Of a stretch of 64,000 nucleotides of DNA, positions 21,375 through 31,316 are shown in pieces (the first letter of the stretch is position 1; each line of letters opens with the position of its first letter). The translations under genes and the position numbers were made by a program. The DNA lies in contig CBDHHL010000032.1 in assembly GCA_965263355.1 (NCBI GenBank), positions 3,680,001 to 3,744,000 on the forward strand, in the 5' to 3' direction. The notes under the pieces are model-generated. The model ran no database searches. It was not told the DNA's origin and was given only the letters and a program-made list of their open reading frames with translations. The DNA is from Leptolyngbyaceae cyanobacterium (GTDB lineage Bacteria; Cyanobacteriota; Cyanobacteriia; Phormidesmidales; Phormidesmidaceae).

Positions 21375-22811
21375 ATGCTTTCTAATTCAATGCGTAACGC
21401 ACTGTTGGCTGGTGCTCTGTTCACAGCAACCGCTGGTCAATCAATGGCGGCAGAAACTGTTGCTATCGATGGTTCATCTTTAGAAAATTCCACGATTCAG
21501 CTGGCTCAAGTAACTAGTGTGTCTGAGTTATCTGACGTACTCCCCTCTGACTGGGCTTACACTGCATTGCAGCGTCTGGTAGAAGAGTATGGTTGCCTTG
21601 AGGGCTACCCTGATCGCTCATACCGTGGTAATCGCGCGATGACTCGCTATGAGTTTGCTGCCGGTCTGAATGCTTGTTTGGATGTCATTGTGCAGCTGAT
21701 TGATGGTGGCGATGGCACTGAGCTTGAAACAGTTCGCCGCTTACAAGAAGAGTTTGCCGCTGAGTTGGCGACTATTCGTGGTCGTGTTGATACCCTCGAA
21801 GCTGATGTGGCTGAGCTAGAAGCTAACCAGTTTTCGACTACAACTAAGTTAAAAGGTCAATTAGATAGTCAACTCGTCATTCCATTTGACGCTCCTGACG
21901 ATGTTGATGAAGTCACGTTCGAATACCGGGCTCGCTTGAACTTCGATACTAGTTTTACTGGTGAAGATCGTCTGCGTCTACGTTTACAGGCGTCTGATGA
22001 TATGGATGCGCCTAATGATTATTTGCTTGATGGTCTTGCAGATTCCAGTGGCAGCGGTGGGGAAGACAATCTTATACTCGATGACGTTCTATATCAGTTC
22101 CCACTGGGCGATCGCATTGACGTAGAAATTGCTCTAAACAGCCGTTCTGCTGGTCAGCTAAACAGTAGCAATATAGTACCTTACGCTAGCAATGCTGTGG
22201 CTGAATTTGGTGAAGATGGTTTCTTTGAGTCCGCCTTTGACCAGGATGACAACTTTGCTATCGGTACTAACATTTCCTTGACCGATAACATCGTCCTGGA
22301 CCTTGCCTTCTCTGCTGATGATACTAATAACTCTGAAACTGATTTCTTCGATGAGTATGAGTACTTAGTTCAGCTCAACTATCTTAGCGATGGGCTGATT
22401 GATGCAGCTGTCGTATTTCAAGATGGTGAAGACCCCAACACGACTGTTGATTATGTCATTGGTGGTCTGCTGAATTTTGACTTTGGTGCCCTTGAGCTGG
22501 GTGGCTACTATGCCTTTATTGAAGGAGAAGGTGGCATCGGTGAGCAAGAAGAATGGCAGGTTGGTATTGCTGTGAATGACTTCTTAGCCCCTGGCAATCA
22601 ACTAGGCATCTATGGTGGCGACGCCTTTGATGAGGACAATGCTCCGTTTAACTTTGATAGTGACGCCGTCATTATTGAAGGATATTACGCGATGAAACTG
22701 AACAAGTATCTGACCATTACTCCTGCACTAATTTATGCTGACCCCGATGGTGTAGATGGCAATACTGAGGAAGGCTTTATTGGCGTTCTTCGGACTACCT
22801 TCAAGTTCTAG
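21375..22811 (+). CDS. Cyanobacterial outer-membrane porin (SLH domain plus OprB-like barrel)
   Basis: QVTSVSELSDV.P.DWAY.AL..LVE.YGC..GYPD..YRGNR.MTRYEFAAGLNACL, QFSTTTKL.G, terminal LRTTFKF. Confidence 0.93.
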   Translation: MLSNSMRNALLAGALFTATAGQSMAAETVAIDGSSLENSTIQLAQVTSVSELSDVLPSDWAYTALQRLVEEYGCLEGYPDRSYRGNRAMTRYEFAAGLNACLDVIVQLIDGGDGTELETVRRLQEEFAAELATIRGRVDTLEADVAELEANQFSTTTKLKGQLDSQLVIPFDAPDDVDEVTFEYRARLNFDTSFTGEDRLRLRLQASDDMDAPNDYLLDGLADSSGSGGEDNLILDDVLYQFPLGDRIDVEIALNSRSAGQLNSSNIVPYASNAVAEFGEDGFFESAFDQDDNFAIGTNISLTDNIVLDLAFSADDTNNSETDFFDEYEYLVQLNYLSDGLIDAAVVFQDGEDPNTTVDYVIGGLLNFDFGALELGGYYAFIEGEGGIGEQEEWQVGIAVNDFLAPGNQLGIYGGDAFDEDNAPFNFDSDAVIIEGYYAMKLNKYLTITPALIYADPDGVDGNTEEGFIGVLRTTFKF

Positions 22812-22846
22812 CGGGTTCCTGTTCGATTTTTCTCACACCTGACTAA

Positions 22847-22878
22847 GGCCATCAGTTTTAAACTGGTGGCTTTTTTTT
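22847..22878 (+). terminator. Rho-independent terminator after the porin gene
   Basis: gccatcagtt-tta-aactggtggc followed by T8. Confidence 0.75.
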
Positions 22879-22914
22879 GTTGTCTATGGTCGTTTCCTAT
22901 TAGTGTTGCAGAAT

Positions 22915-23085
22915 CTATTTAAGGCCAATCAGCGAAACAAGACTCTGACCAGTGAAATACTCGATGGCGATCAAAATTAAGAAACCTACCATGGCAGCTC
23001 GTCCATTGAGCTGTTCAGCATATTCGTTAAACCCGTTTTTGGGGCGTTCAAGTTTGGGGCTAATGGAAGGCTTAATGTCAGTCAC
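22915..23085 (-). CDS. hli: High-light-inducible protein (CAB/ELIP/HLIP family)
   Basis: GFNEYAEQLNGRAAMVGF (ExxNGRxAM chlorophyll-binding motif); probable GTG start at 23085. Confidence 0.9.
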   Translation of the reverse strand: MTDIKPSISPKLERPKNGFNEYAEQLNGRAAMVGFLILIAIEYFTGQSLVSLIGLK

Positions 23086-23258
23086 GATGTTAGACGCTGC
23101 GTTATACCTACTTATTCTCGCTATCAAAGGGAAAGTTCGTCAATCAGTTTTCACAGTTGGGGAATTTTACCCTAGATAAGTTTTCCTTTATGTAAGAGCG
23201 TTAAGCTAGAGCTAGGCGTCTGTGCAGGCTATGGCTGTTTACAGGGGAGGTAGTACCT

Positions 23259-24335
23259 ATGCAAATTGGTGTGCCCAAAGAGATCAAAAATCTAGAGTTT
23301 CGGGTAGGTCTGAGTCCCAGTAGCGTCAGAACACTTACAGAACAGGGGCATCAGGTCAAGGTAGAGACTGATGCTGGCGTGGGTTCAGGATTTAGCAATG
23401 ACGATTATCAACAGGCCGGTGCAACGATTGTGACGGCATCCGATGCTTGGCAGCAGGCCATGGTGGTCAAGGTTAAAGAGCCATTGTCTAAGGAATATGA
23501 CTATCTGCAGCCAGACCAGCTGCTGTTTACTTATCTGCATTTGGCCGCTAGTCGAGAGCTGACTGAGGCGTTAATGCAGAGTGGTGCGACGGCCATCGCT
23601 TACGAAACGGTTGAGAAAAACCATCAGCGTCCTTTGCTCACACCCATGAGTATCATTGCTGGACGGTTATCGGTGCAGTTTGGGGCCAGGTTTCTGGAAA
23701 AACAACAGGGAGGCCGAGGGGTTTTACTAGGGGGTATTCCGGGGGTCTGTCCAGGGCATGTGGTGGTGCTAGGGGGCGGTGTTGTCGGCACCGAGGCGAC
23801 CAAAATGGCTGTAGGTCTTGGTGCTCAGGTGACCCTGATTGATATCAATCTAGAGCGTTTAAATCAACTAGAAGAATTATTTGGTTCACGGGTGCAGTTG
23901 CTTTATAGCAACTCCGCCAATATTGAATTAGCCGTTTCTCAGGCAGATTTACTGATTGGTGCTGTCTTGGTGCCTGGGCGTCGACCGCCGACGTTGGTTT
24001 CCTCGGCCCTGGTGGAAAAGATGCCTGAGGGCGCTGTGATTGTCGATGTGGCGGTCGATCAGGGAGGCTGTATTGAAACAGTGCGACCCACATCCCACAG
24101 TGAACCGATTTATGTGGAGTCAGGTGTATTGCATTATGGGGTGCCGAATATGCCGGGGGCGGTGCCTCGGACAGCAACGGCGGCGTTGAATAACAGCACC
24201 TTGCCCTATGTGCTTAAGTTAGCCGATATGGGGTTAGATGCCTTGGCTACAGATAGTGCTCTAGCCGAAGGACTCAATGTTGTCAATAACCAGTTAGTGC
24301 ATCCAGCGGTTAAAGCGTCCTTTCCAGACCTGTAG
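23259..24335 (+). CDS. ald: Alanine dehydrogenase
   Basis: [39 protein letters not shown]. Confidence 0.96.
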   Translation: MQIGVPKEIKNLEFRVGLSPSSVRTLTEQGHQVKVETDAGVGSGFSNDDYQQAGATIVTASDAWQQAMVVKVKEPLSKEYDYLQPDQLLFTYLHLAASRELTEALMQSGATAIAYETVEKNHQRPLLTPMSIIAGRLSVQFGARFLEKQQGGRGVLLGGIPGVCPGHVVVLGGGVVGTEATKMAVGLGAQVTLIDINLERLNQLEELFGSRVQLLYSNSANIELAVSQADLLIGAVLVPGRRPPTLVSSALVEKMPEGAVIVDVAVDQGGCIETVRPTSHSEPIYVESGVLHYGVPNMPGAVPRTATAALNNSTLPYVLKLADMGLDALATDSALAEGLNVVNNQLVHPAVKASFPDL

Positions 24336-24381
24336 TGTTTTAGAGATTGATAGGGTTTTGTCACCCGATTAAATGGGTTTT

Positions 24382-25074
24382 CTAACCCTGAAGATTTAAC
24401 ATGGCCTGGCGGGTTTGCATTTGTAGCCAGCCTACTTGTTCATGTTTATCCAGATGGGCAACGGGTCTCAGGGTAATGGCTTTACCGATTCTTATGTCGG
24501 CAGCGCGGTAACGAGCGATGGATTGAACATTAGCCAGGTCGTAATGCTGTTCTATGTGGGGACGTATGGCAGGTGGGATGGTGATAGGTTCTAGTTTTTC
24601 TGCCTTGGGGATGATCATGGCTGGAATGACGGGCACTTGTGCACCGTAAGCTAGATGGGCAAAGCCTGATTGCAATTGGGCCAGGGGCGCATTAAAGTCG
24701 TTGGCAAAGATATAATCTTCACCTTCAGGGAAAATACCCAGCAGCTTTCCCTGCCGGAGGCGATGGAAGGCTTGTTTGATGGATGATGGGGTTGGCTGTC
24801 CTTCGGTTTTGACCGGTACCATGCCCGTGAGGTTGAGAACTTGACTAGTGACCGGTACGGCTGTCATATAATCGGCCACCATCCAAGCGATATAACGGGG
24901 TAGGGCCATGGTTATGAGCAGACCGTCGGTGTCGGAACGGTGGTTGCAGACGATGATGGCTGCACCATGCTGGGGAATATGGTTGACGCCATAGGTTGCG
25001 ATCGCAACTCCCCTCAACAAAAAAGGACGTAACAGCCAACGCAGGCTATGGTAGAAAGCTATTTGAACATCCAT
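24382..25074 (-). CDS. Lysophospholipid acyltransferase (PlsC family)
   Basis: NHRSDTD (HX4D) and IFPEG motifs. Confidence 0.85.
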   Translation of the reverse strand: MDVQIAFYHSLRWLLRPFLLRGVAIATYGVNHIPQHGAAIIVCNHRSDTDGLLITMALPRYIAWMVADYMTAVPVTSQVLNLTGMVPVKTEGQPTPSSIKQAFHRLRQGKLLGIFPEGEDYIFANDFNAPLAQLQSGFAHLAYGAQVPVIPAMIIPKAEKLEPITIPPAIRPHIEQHYDLANVQSIARYRAADIRIGKAITLRPVAHLDKHEQVGWLQMQTRQAMLNLQG

Positions 25075-25282
25075 ACCGTCATCATTGAGAATGATAGTGA
25101 ACCTGACGTCATCTAGGCTAGCGCTTTCGGGGTATTACCCCCCATCAAAAAAATCTATGACCCCTGAAGAACTTTATAAATTAGCCGCTGTATTAGATGC
25201 CTCCATGGGCAATGGGGTATAGGCGACGTTTGGTTTGATGGCAATGGTGGAATATGGTTTCATACTTAACCCAATTTTTTCC

Positions 25283-26134
25283 ATGCCTACACCCCGCGAA
25301 ATTTTAGAGGCCCTATTGCCTAGTCTGAAAATAGCCGCAGGCTATGCCCAGAAAATTCAGACCAGTATTGCGGCCCATCCCGATAAGTTTGACTCCGAAA
25401 ATTTCTTTGCGACAGCCTTGACCGATGCCGATCTTTCCATTCAAACGTTTATTGAAGTAACTCTACTGTCACTCTTTCCTGATATTCGTTTCTATGGTGA
25501 AGAGTTTGAGAAAACCTACAACACTAAATATTTTCGCTCCATTGAACTAGGCCCCCAGGATGACTATCTGGTCACCCTCGACCCCATCGACGGTACCCGG
25601 TTTTATATGGATGGTCATCCCAACTATCAGATTATTCTTACCGTTCTCAATGCAGATAGTTTTGAAGCGGTGATTGCCCTCAGTCCGGCGCTGGATCGGT
25701 TTTATTACAGCCTGCGCGGGCAAGGCACCTTTTACGGCACCCTAGCCGATAACCTGGATAGCTGCCAACCCTTAAAAATAGAGACGCCCAAGGATCAAGT
25801 ATTGTTGAGCTGGGCGCTGACCCATCTGGCCGATGCTTTGCAGGGACAATTTGAAACAATTTGTGTCAAGACTGACTATTCCCGAGAAGTTGCGATTCCA
25901 AATACCAATGGTTTGTTAACGGGGGACTTGACCGGAGTGATTTTGGCAGCGGGGCAATTTATTGATGGCGCTGCCCTTAGCTGGATGGCTCAGGAAATGG
26001 GCTATATCATCACCGATCATCAGGGCAATCCGCTGCCTGCGCTGAGTGAGTGTGAAGACTATAAGTGGCCAGGTATTGTGGTGGGCTCATCGCCAGAGGT
26101 ACACCAAAAACTTTTGGCGGTGTTTTTGCAGTAA
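25283..26134 (+). CDS. Inositol monophosphatase family protein
   Basis: TDAD, GEE and LDPIDGT motifs; likely ATG at 25283. Confidence 0.85.
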   Translation: MPTPREILEALLPSLKIAAGYAQKIQTSIAAHPDKFDSENFFATALTDADLSIQTFIEVTLLSLFPDIRFYGEEFEKTYNTKYFRSIELGPQDDYLVTLDPIDGTRFYMDGHPNYQIILTVLNADSFEAVIALSPALDRFYYSLRGQGTFYGTLADNLDSCQPLKIETPKDQVLLSWALTHLADALQGQFETICVKTDYSREVAIPNTNGLLTGDLTGVILAAGQFIDGAALSWMAQEMGYIITDHQGNPLPALSECEDYKWPGIVVGSSPEVHQKLLAVFLQ

Positions 26135-26164
26135 TCCGACGTAATCGCTAAAACCTGGTTATAG

Positions 26165-26307
26165 GCGTAGACCTATCCATACGCTATCAAAATTTTCATT
26201 AACCCCGATTAACAGGACAATCCTGTACGGGGGCAGTAAGGGGCAATCCCTTGTGGATGCCCTGCTGATATCGGCTATCCACAAGGATTTCGTATCGGTT
26301 CGATAGA
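26165..26307 (+). repeat. ~140-bp REP-containing dispersed element, copy 1
   Basis: gcgtagacctatccatacgctatcaaa...ggggcaatcccttgtggatgccct...aggatttcgtatcgg..cgataga, shared with 32015 and (inverted) 34852. Confidence 0.9.
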
Positions 26308-26310
26308 TTC

Positions 26311-26331
26311 GTAGGGTGGGCATGACCCACC
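26311..26331 (+). repeat. GTAG-type REP hairpin
   Basis: GTAG followed by ggtgggcatgacccacc; related inverted half-copies (caccctacgg) occur at about 30910 and 30990. Confidence 0.65.
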
Positions 26332-26338
26332 ATTCTAA

Positions 26339-26737
26339 TTAATCGTCCTTAGGAAACTTACATTTCACCTCGACCTCAAAGTTGCTCTCAGCTGAGCCGT
26401 TAACCAGCACCGGGACATTCGCACCACCGCTAAACTTGAGCCCAAACTTAAAATTCAGTTCTTCCACCTCTGCACCGCCCATATTTTTAAACGCATCAAT
26501 CACAAACCTGGCGTAGGTGCTAATGGTGCCATTGATTTCTCGCAGTTTGACCAACGTTTCTTTAGCAACGGTGGAGCGAGGTTGACTACCGTAAGATTCA
26601 TCGTCGTCCCAAAGGGTACCATCGCGTTTGGCATCTTTTTTAGGGGCACTGGGCACAACATCATCATCGGTTTGAATATAAACGGTATATTCGGCACCGG
26701 ACTCGTCTTGGACCACATAGGGTTGAATTTTGCTCAT
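26339..26737 (-). CDS. Trypco1 / CU044_2847-like small protein
   Basis: C-terminal alternating beta-hairpin AEVEELNFKFGLKFSGGANVPVLVNGSAESNFEVEVKCKF, preceded by a helix and an acidic linker. Confidence 0.75.
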   Translation of the reverse strand: MSKIQPYVVQDESGAEYTVYIQTDDDVVPSAPKKDAKRDGTLWDDDESYGSQPRSTVAKETLVKLREINGTISTYARFVIDAFKNMGGAEVEELNFKFGLKFSGGANVPVLVNGSAESNFEVEVKCKFPKDD

Positions 26738-26845
26738 GGGGGGAATTAGGAAATTGCTAGATAATCAGACCGGATCGGGAATGTTCGCTATGGTATTTGG
26801 AGAAATTGATAGATACGTTGAACCTTAAGCCTTTGTTTGTGTGGC

Positions 26846-29800
26846 ATGGCTAAATACGCCCTGGTAATCGGTCTAACTGACTATAGTAATGACTTTAACC
26901 CGCTCACCAGACCGGCAGCGGATGCTCAGGCCGTAGCCCAGATACTACAGACCAGCGGCTATCGCATTACGCCGATTTTAGCGGCGGCAAACTACGACGA
27001 TATTGTGGCCCAGCTAAAATCGTTTTTGCAGCAGACGGCCCATAAACATGAGGCGCTGATCTACATCACGGGCCATAGCTTTCTCGTGCAAGACGACTTG
27101 ACTGACGAGCAGGCTGGCTATATTGCTACCTCTGACTGTCGGGTGCGGTACGACGGCAACGACACCATTGTGGAACAGCGCGGTGGCATTCCGTTTGTGA
27201 ACTTTAACAAGCTGATTGCCAGGGCAGAGTTAAGTAATTTGGTGCTGCTGTTGGATACCTGCCATAGTGGTGGGCTGATTGAGCAGGGGCTGTTTCAGCA
27301 GAGCTTTAGCAGCTTTGGCCAAAAGACCGACTACTTTTTTATTACCGCTGCCCGCAGTTCAGAAGCGGCCTGGGCTAAGGCGGGGGCGGAGCACAGCGTA
27401 TTTACAACGGCATTGCTGAGTGGGTTGGCAGCAGAAAATGCGCCAGAGGGTGGAGCCATTACTGGGGATGATTTGTTTGCCCATATTGTTCGGCAGGTGA
27501 AGCATGAGCAGCAGGAACCCATGCGGCTGGGCCAGGGACGGTCGATTGAGATTGTGCGCCATGGCACAGCCAAACTGAATGCCCAAGTAAGTGAAAAGAA
27601 CCCCTATCAAGGTCTAAAGGCGTTTGACGAAGACTCTAAAGCGTTCTTTTTTGGGCGAGAAAGAGAGATTGAGCTGTTGCTGGCGAAACTGAGCCAGACA
27701 AACTTTGTGCCAGTGATTGGGGTGTCGGGCAGTGGCAAGTCGTCGGTGGTGCGGGCGGGGCTGATACCGGCACTGCGGCAGATGGGCAACTGGCGAATTT
27801 TAGCGCCGATCAAGCCGGGGATAGAGCCCATGGCGATGCTGAAAAATGCATTTTGTCAGCTAGTCAGCCACAGTCGCGATGTAAACCGCATGGCGGAGTG
27901 CATTGGTGAGAAGGATTTACTGGGGGCGGTGGCGCTGCTGCCGGACAGTCTGGACACCGAAAAACTATTGCTGGTGGTGGACCAGTTTGAAGAAGTGTTT
28001 GCCCTGGGCTCGCCAACATCAGAAAAGCAGCAGTTTATTGACTGTCTAACCAAGATTGCCAGGGTAAAAGACTCGCCACTGGCCATTGTCACCACCATGC
28101 GGGCGGACTTTTTGCCAGACTGGTTGAGCTATGGGGAACTGATCGAGTCGATTCAGCAAGATGCCGTATTTCTGGGGCGGTTGCAGGGGCAGGCGCTGCT
28201 AGATGCGGTGGAAAAACCGGCCCTGGTGCAGGGGCACAGCATTGAAAACGGTCTGCTGCAGCTAATTGCCGATGACATGAAAGCAGCCAGTAATGCCCTG
28301 CCGCTGTTGGAGTTTGCACTAGAAGCGCTGTGGGATCAGCGGGATACCCAGAACCACTGTTTGACGGTGGATGCTTACACGGGGATGGACCGGCTGAAGG
28401 GAACGTTGGATAGCCAGGCGACGAAGGTGTATGACCGGTTGGCGAAGACTGAACAGAGCTGGTGCCGTCGGGTGTGTTTAAGCCTGATTCGCATAGGTAA
28501 GGACGGAAAGGATACACGGCAGCGGCAGCCCCGAGAAAAGCTGCTGGCCATGGGGCAGACCGACAGTGAAAAAGAACTGATTGACTATGTGATCGATCGG
28601 CTGGTGGGGGCACGGCTGTTGGTGACCGGTGGGGATGGACAGCAGCGCTATGTGGATATTGCCCATGAAGCGCTGATGGATGGGTGGCAGCAGTTTGCCG
28701 ACTGGCGACAGGAAAATCGAGATTTACAACGGCTGGGGCAGCGGACACGGGATGCCTATGAGGAATGGGTGGGCCATGGTAAGCATCCGGACTATTTAAT
28801 CCCTAGCGGGTTATTAGCAGAACTACGAGAGCTGGCCGGTACGGTGCGAAACGATGTGCTATTGGCTACGGACCTGCGCACGTTTTTTACCCGCAGTGAC
28901 GAACAAGATCAGCAGCAACGGGCTGCTCTAGAGAAGGCTTTAGCCGATGCTCAAATCCAGGACCGCTCCCGTAAAATTCGTGACAAGCTAATCAATTTGC
29001 CTCAGTACACCGTCGAGGCCACCCTGGAAGCCATGGACACGGTCAACGATAGCCTGGTGGCGTTTAAAGGTGAGGTAAAACACTCGGCTCAATATGCCCT
29101 TAACCAAACCTGGCAGAAAATTCTTGAACGGCTAAAGCTGGAGGGCCATAGCGGCTCGGTTTTGGCCGTGGCCTTTAGCCCCGAGGGGGATCGGATTGTC
29201 TCCGGCAGCAAACCCTGCGCCTGTGGGATCGCGAGGGCAACCCCATCGGTGACCCCCTCCAGGGCCATAGCGACTCGGTTTGGGCCGTGGCCTTTAGCCC
29301 CGAGGGGGATCGGATTGTCTCCGGCAGCGATGATAAAACCCTGCGCCTGTGGGATCGCGAGGGCAACCCCATCGGTGACCCCCTCCAGGGCCATAGCGAC
29401 TCGGTTAGGGCCGTGGCCTTTAGCCCCGAGGGGGATCGGATTGTCTCCGGCAGCGGTGATAAAACCCTGCGCCTGTGGGATCGCGAGGGCAACCCCATCG
29501 GTGAGCCCCTCCAGGGCCATAGCGACTTTTGGCCGTGGCCTTTAGCCCCGAGGGGGATCGGATTGTCTCCGGCAGCGGTGATCAAACCCTGCGCCTGTGG
29601 GATCGCGAGGGCAACCCCATCGGTGACCCCCTCCAGGGCCATAGCGGCTCGGTTTAGGGCCGTGGCCTTTAGCCCCGAGGGGGATCGGATTGTCTCCGGC
29701 AGTAATGATAAAACCCTGCGCCTGTGGGATCGCGAGGGCAACCCCATCGGTGAGCCCCTCCAGGGCCATAGCGGCTCGGTTTTGGCCGTGGCCTTTAGCC

Positions 29801-30800
29801 CCGAGGGGGATCGGATTGTCTCCGGCAGCGATTGTCTGATCAAACCCTGCGCCTGTGGGATCGCGAGGGCAACCCCATCGGTGAGCCCCTCCAGGGCCAT
29901 AGCGACTCGGTTAGGGCCGTGGCCTTTAGCCCCGAGGGGGATCGGATTGTCTCCGGCAGCGATGATAAAACCCTGCGCCTGTGGGATCGCGAGGGCAACC
30001 CCATCGGTGAGCCCCTCCAGGGCCATAGCGAGGGCCGTGGCCTTTAGCCCCGAGGGGGATCGGATTGTCTCCGGCAGCGGTGATAAAACCCTGCGCCTGT
30101 GGGATCGCGAGGGCAACCCCATCGGTGAGCCCCTCCAGGGCCATAGCGGCTCGGTTAGGGCCGTGGCCTTTAGCCCCGAGGGGGATCGGATTGTCTCCGG
30201 CAGCGGTGATCAAACCCTGCGCCTGTGGGATCGCGAGGGCAACCCCATCGGTGAGCCCCTTAGCGACTCGGTTTGGGCCGTGGCCTTTAGCCCCGAGGGG
30301 GATCGGATTGTCTCCGGCAGCCCCGAGGGGGATCGGATTGTCTCCGGCATGATCAAACCCTGCGCCTGTGGGATCGCGAGGGCAACCCCATCGGTGAGCC
30401 CCTCCAGGGCCATAGCGGCTCGGTTTTGGCCGTGGCCTTTAGCCCCGAGGGGGATCGGATTGTCTCCGGCAGCGATGATCAAACCCTGCGCCTGTGGGAT
30501 CGCATCCGCTGGCAGGACTGGCTCCACGACTGCTGCACCAAGCTGTTGCACCACAGCGACCTGGTGCGACCCAAAACTGATGTGGCGAAGCAGGCCTGTC
30601 AAGTCTGCATGGACCATGGCTGGACTCCACAGGAGCGGGCAACGTTTTTGGTGGCCCAGGGTAAGTCGCTGGCCTATTACCAGCAAGATGTGGACGGGGC
30701 AGTGGCGAAGTTTGAGGCAGCGTTGGCGATTGACGAGGCGGCGTTAGATACCGAGCCGAGGGCGCTGGCGGAGAAAATAAAGGAGTGGGCCTCTCCCTAA
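26846..30800 (+). CDS. Caspase-like protease (C14) + nSTAND1 NTPase + WD40 repeats + C-terminal TPR-like segment; frameshifted within the repeats as assembled
   Basis: KYALVIG, ITGHS and LDTCHSG dyad, NPYQGL.AF, GVSGSGKSS Walker A, VVDQFEE Walker B, MRADF, LPLLEFAL, HEAL. Then GHS.SV.AVAFSPEGDRIVSGS.D.TLRLWD repeats spread over three frames, and an in-frame tail ending at TAA 30800. Confidence 0.85.
29140..30503 (+). repeat. About 11 near-identical 126-bp tandem repeats encoding WD40 blades
   Basis: Unit cagggccatagcg.ctcggtt..ggccgtggcctttagccccgagggggatcggattgtctccggcagc...accctgcgcctgtgggatcgcgagggcaaccccatcggtga.cccctc. Confidence 0.97.
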
Positions 30801-30818
30801 GAGTCGCCCTGAGGTGTT

Positions 30819-30890
30819 TGTAATGGAAAACGGATGTAATGGAAAACGAACAGTGACGATATCTCCCGCCTGTAGCGCCTGTCCACTCAT
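30819..30890 (-). pseudogene. 5' remnant of a PemK/MazF-like toxin gene
   Basis: ATG 30890 reads MSGQALQAGDIVTVRFP, a typical PemK N-terminal strand. Similarity ends at a 14-bp direct duplication (tgtaatggaaaacg). Confidence 0.45.
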
Positions 30891-31187
30891 GGCCGAACGA
30901 TAATTGTGCCACCCTACGGCTGATTTCCAGGGGCTGGTGGGTAAGGGCATTGGCTACGGTTTATTGTCTACAGATTGGGGACCATTACCCACCCTACGGA
31001 TTGACCACCTGGATCTTCCCCCCTCACGAAGAGCAGGGCTACTTCATTGTCTAGACAGAAAATCTGAGGGCATTGAAAGCTCATTTGAGGAAGACATGCT
31101 CTACCTAGAGCTGGGCCAAACAACAATGCGATAACCTGATTAATCGTCCCTGCCGTAACCCTTATTTATGCAATTAAGGACAACTCA

Positions 31188-31281
31188 GTAGGCCGGGTTC
31201 TAGGGCGGCCTCTGGCCCTAGCCATGGGGGTTTGGGGAACTCGGAGGGACCCCAAGCAACCGGTTTTGGTTCCCGCCGGTC
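31188..31281. repeat. GC-rich multi-hairpin intergenic element
   Basis: ctagggc...gccctag, ttgggg...ccccaa and accgg...ccggt stems in succession after gtagg. Confidence 0.45.
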
Positions 31282-31316
31282 GTATCTCCATGATATGTGC
31301 CCATGGTAGCTATTTT

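Noticed and set aside
29140..30503. Tandem array as a CRISPR array
   Set aside because: The 126-bp units are contiguous with no unique spacers and translate as WD40 blades; no cas genes are present.
29140..30503. Diversity-generating retroelement target
   Set aside because: No reverse transcriptase or separate template repeat in the window, and the variation includes C/G and T/G changes, so it is not adenine-specific.
29089..30912. Multiple repetitive minus-strand and alternative-frame ORFs
   Set aside because: Off-frame or antisense readings of the GC-rich WD40 repeats.
30904..31134. 76-aa plus-strand ORF
   Set aside because: Runs through REP-like sequences and has no recognisable domain; probably spurious or a fragment.
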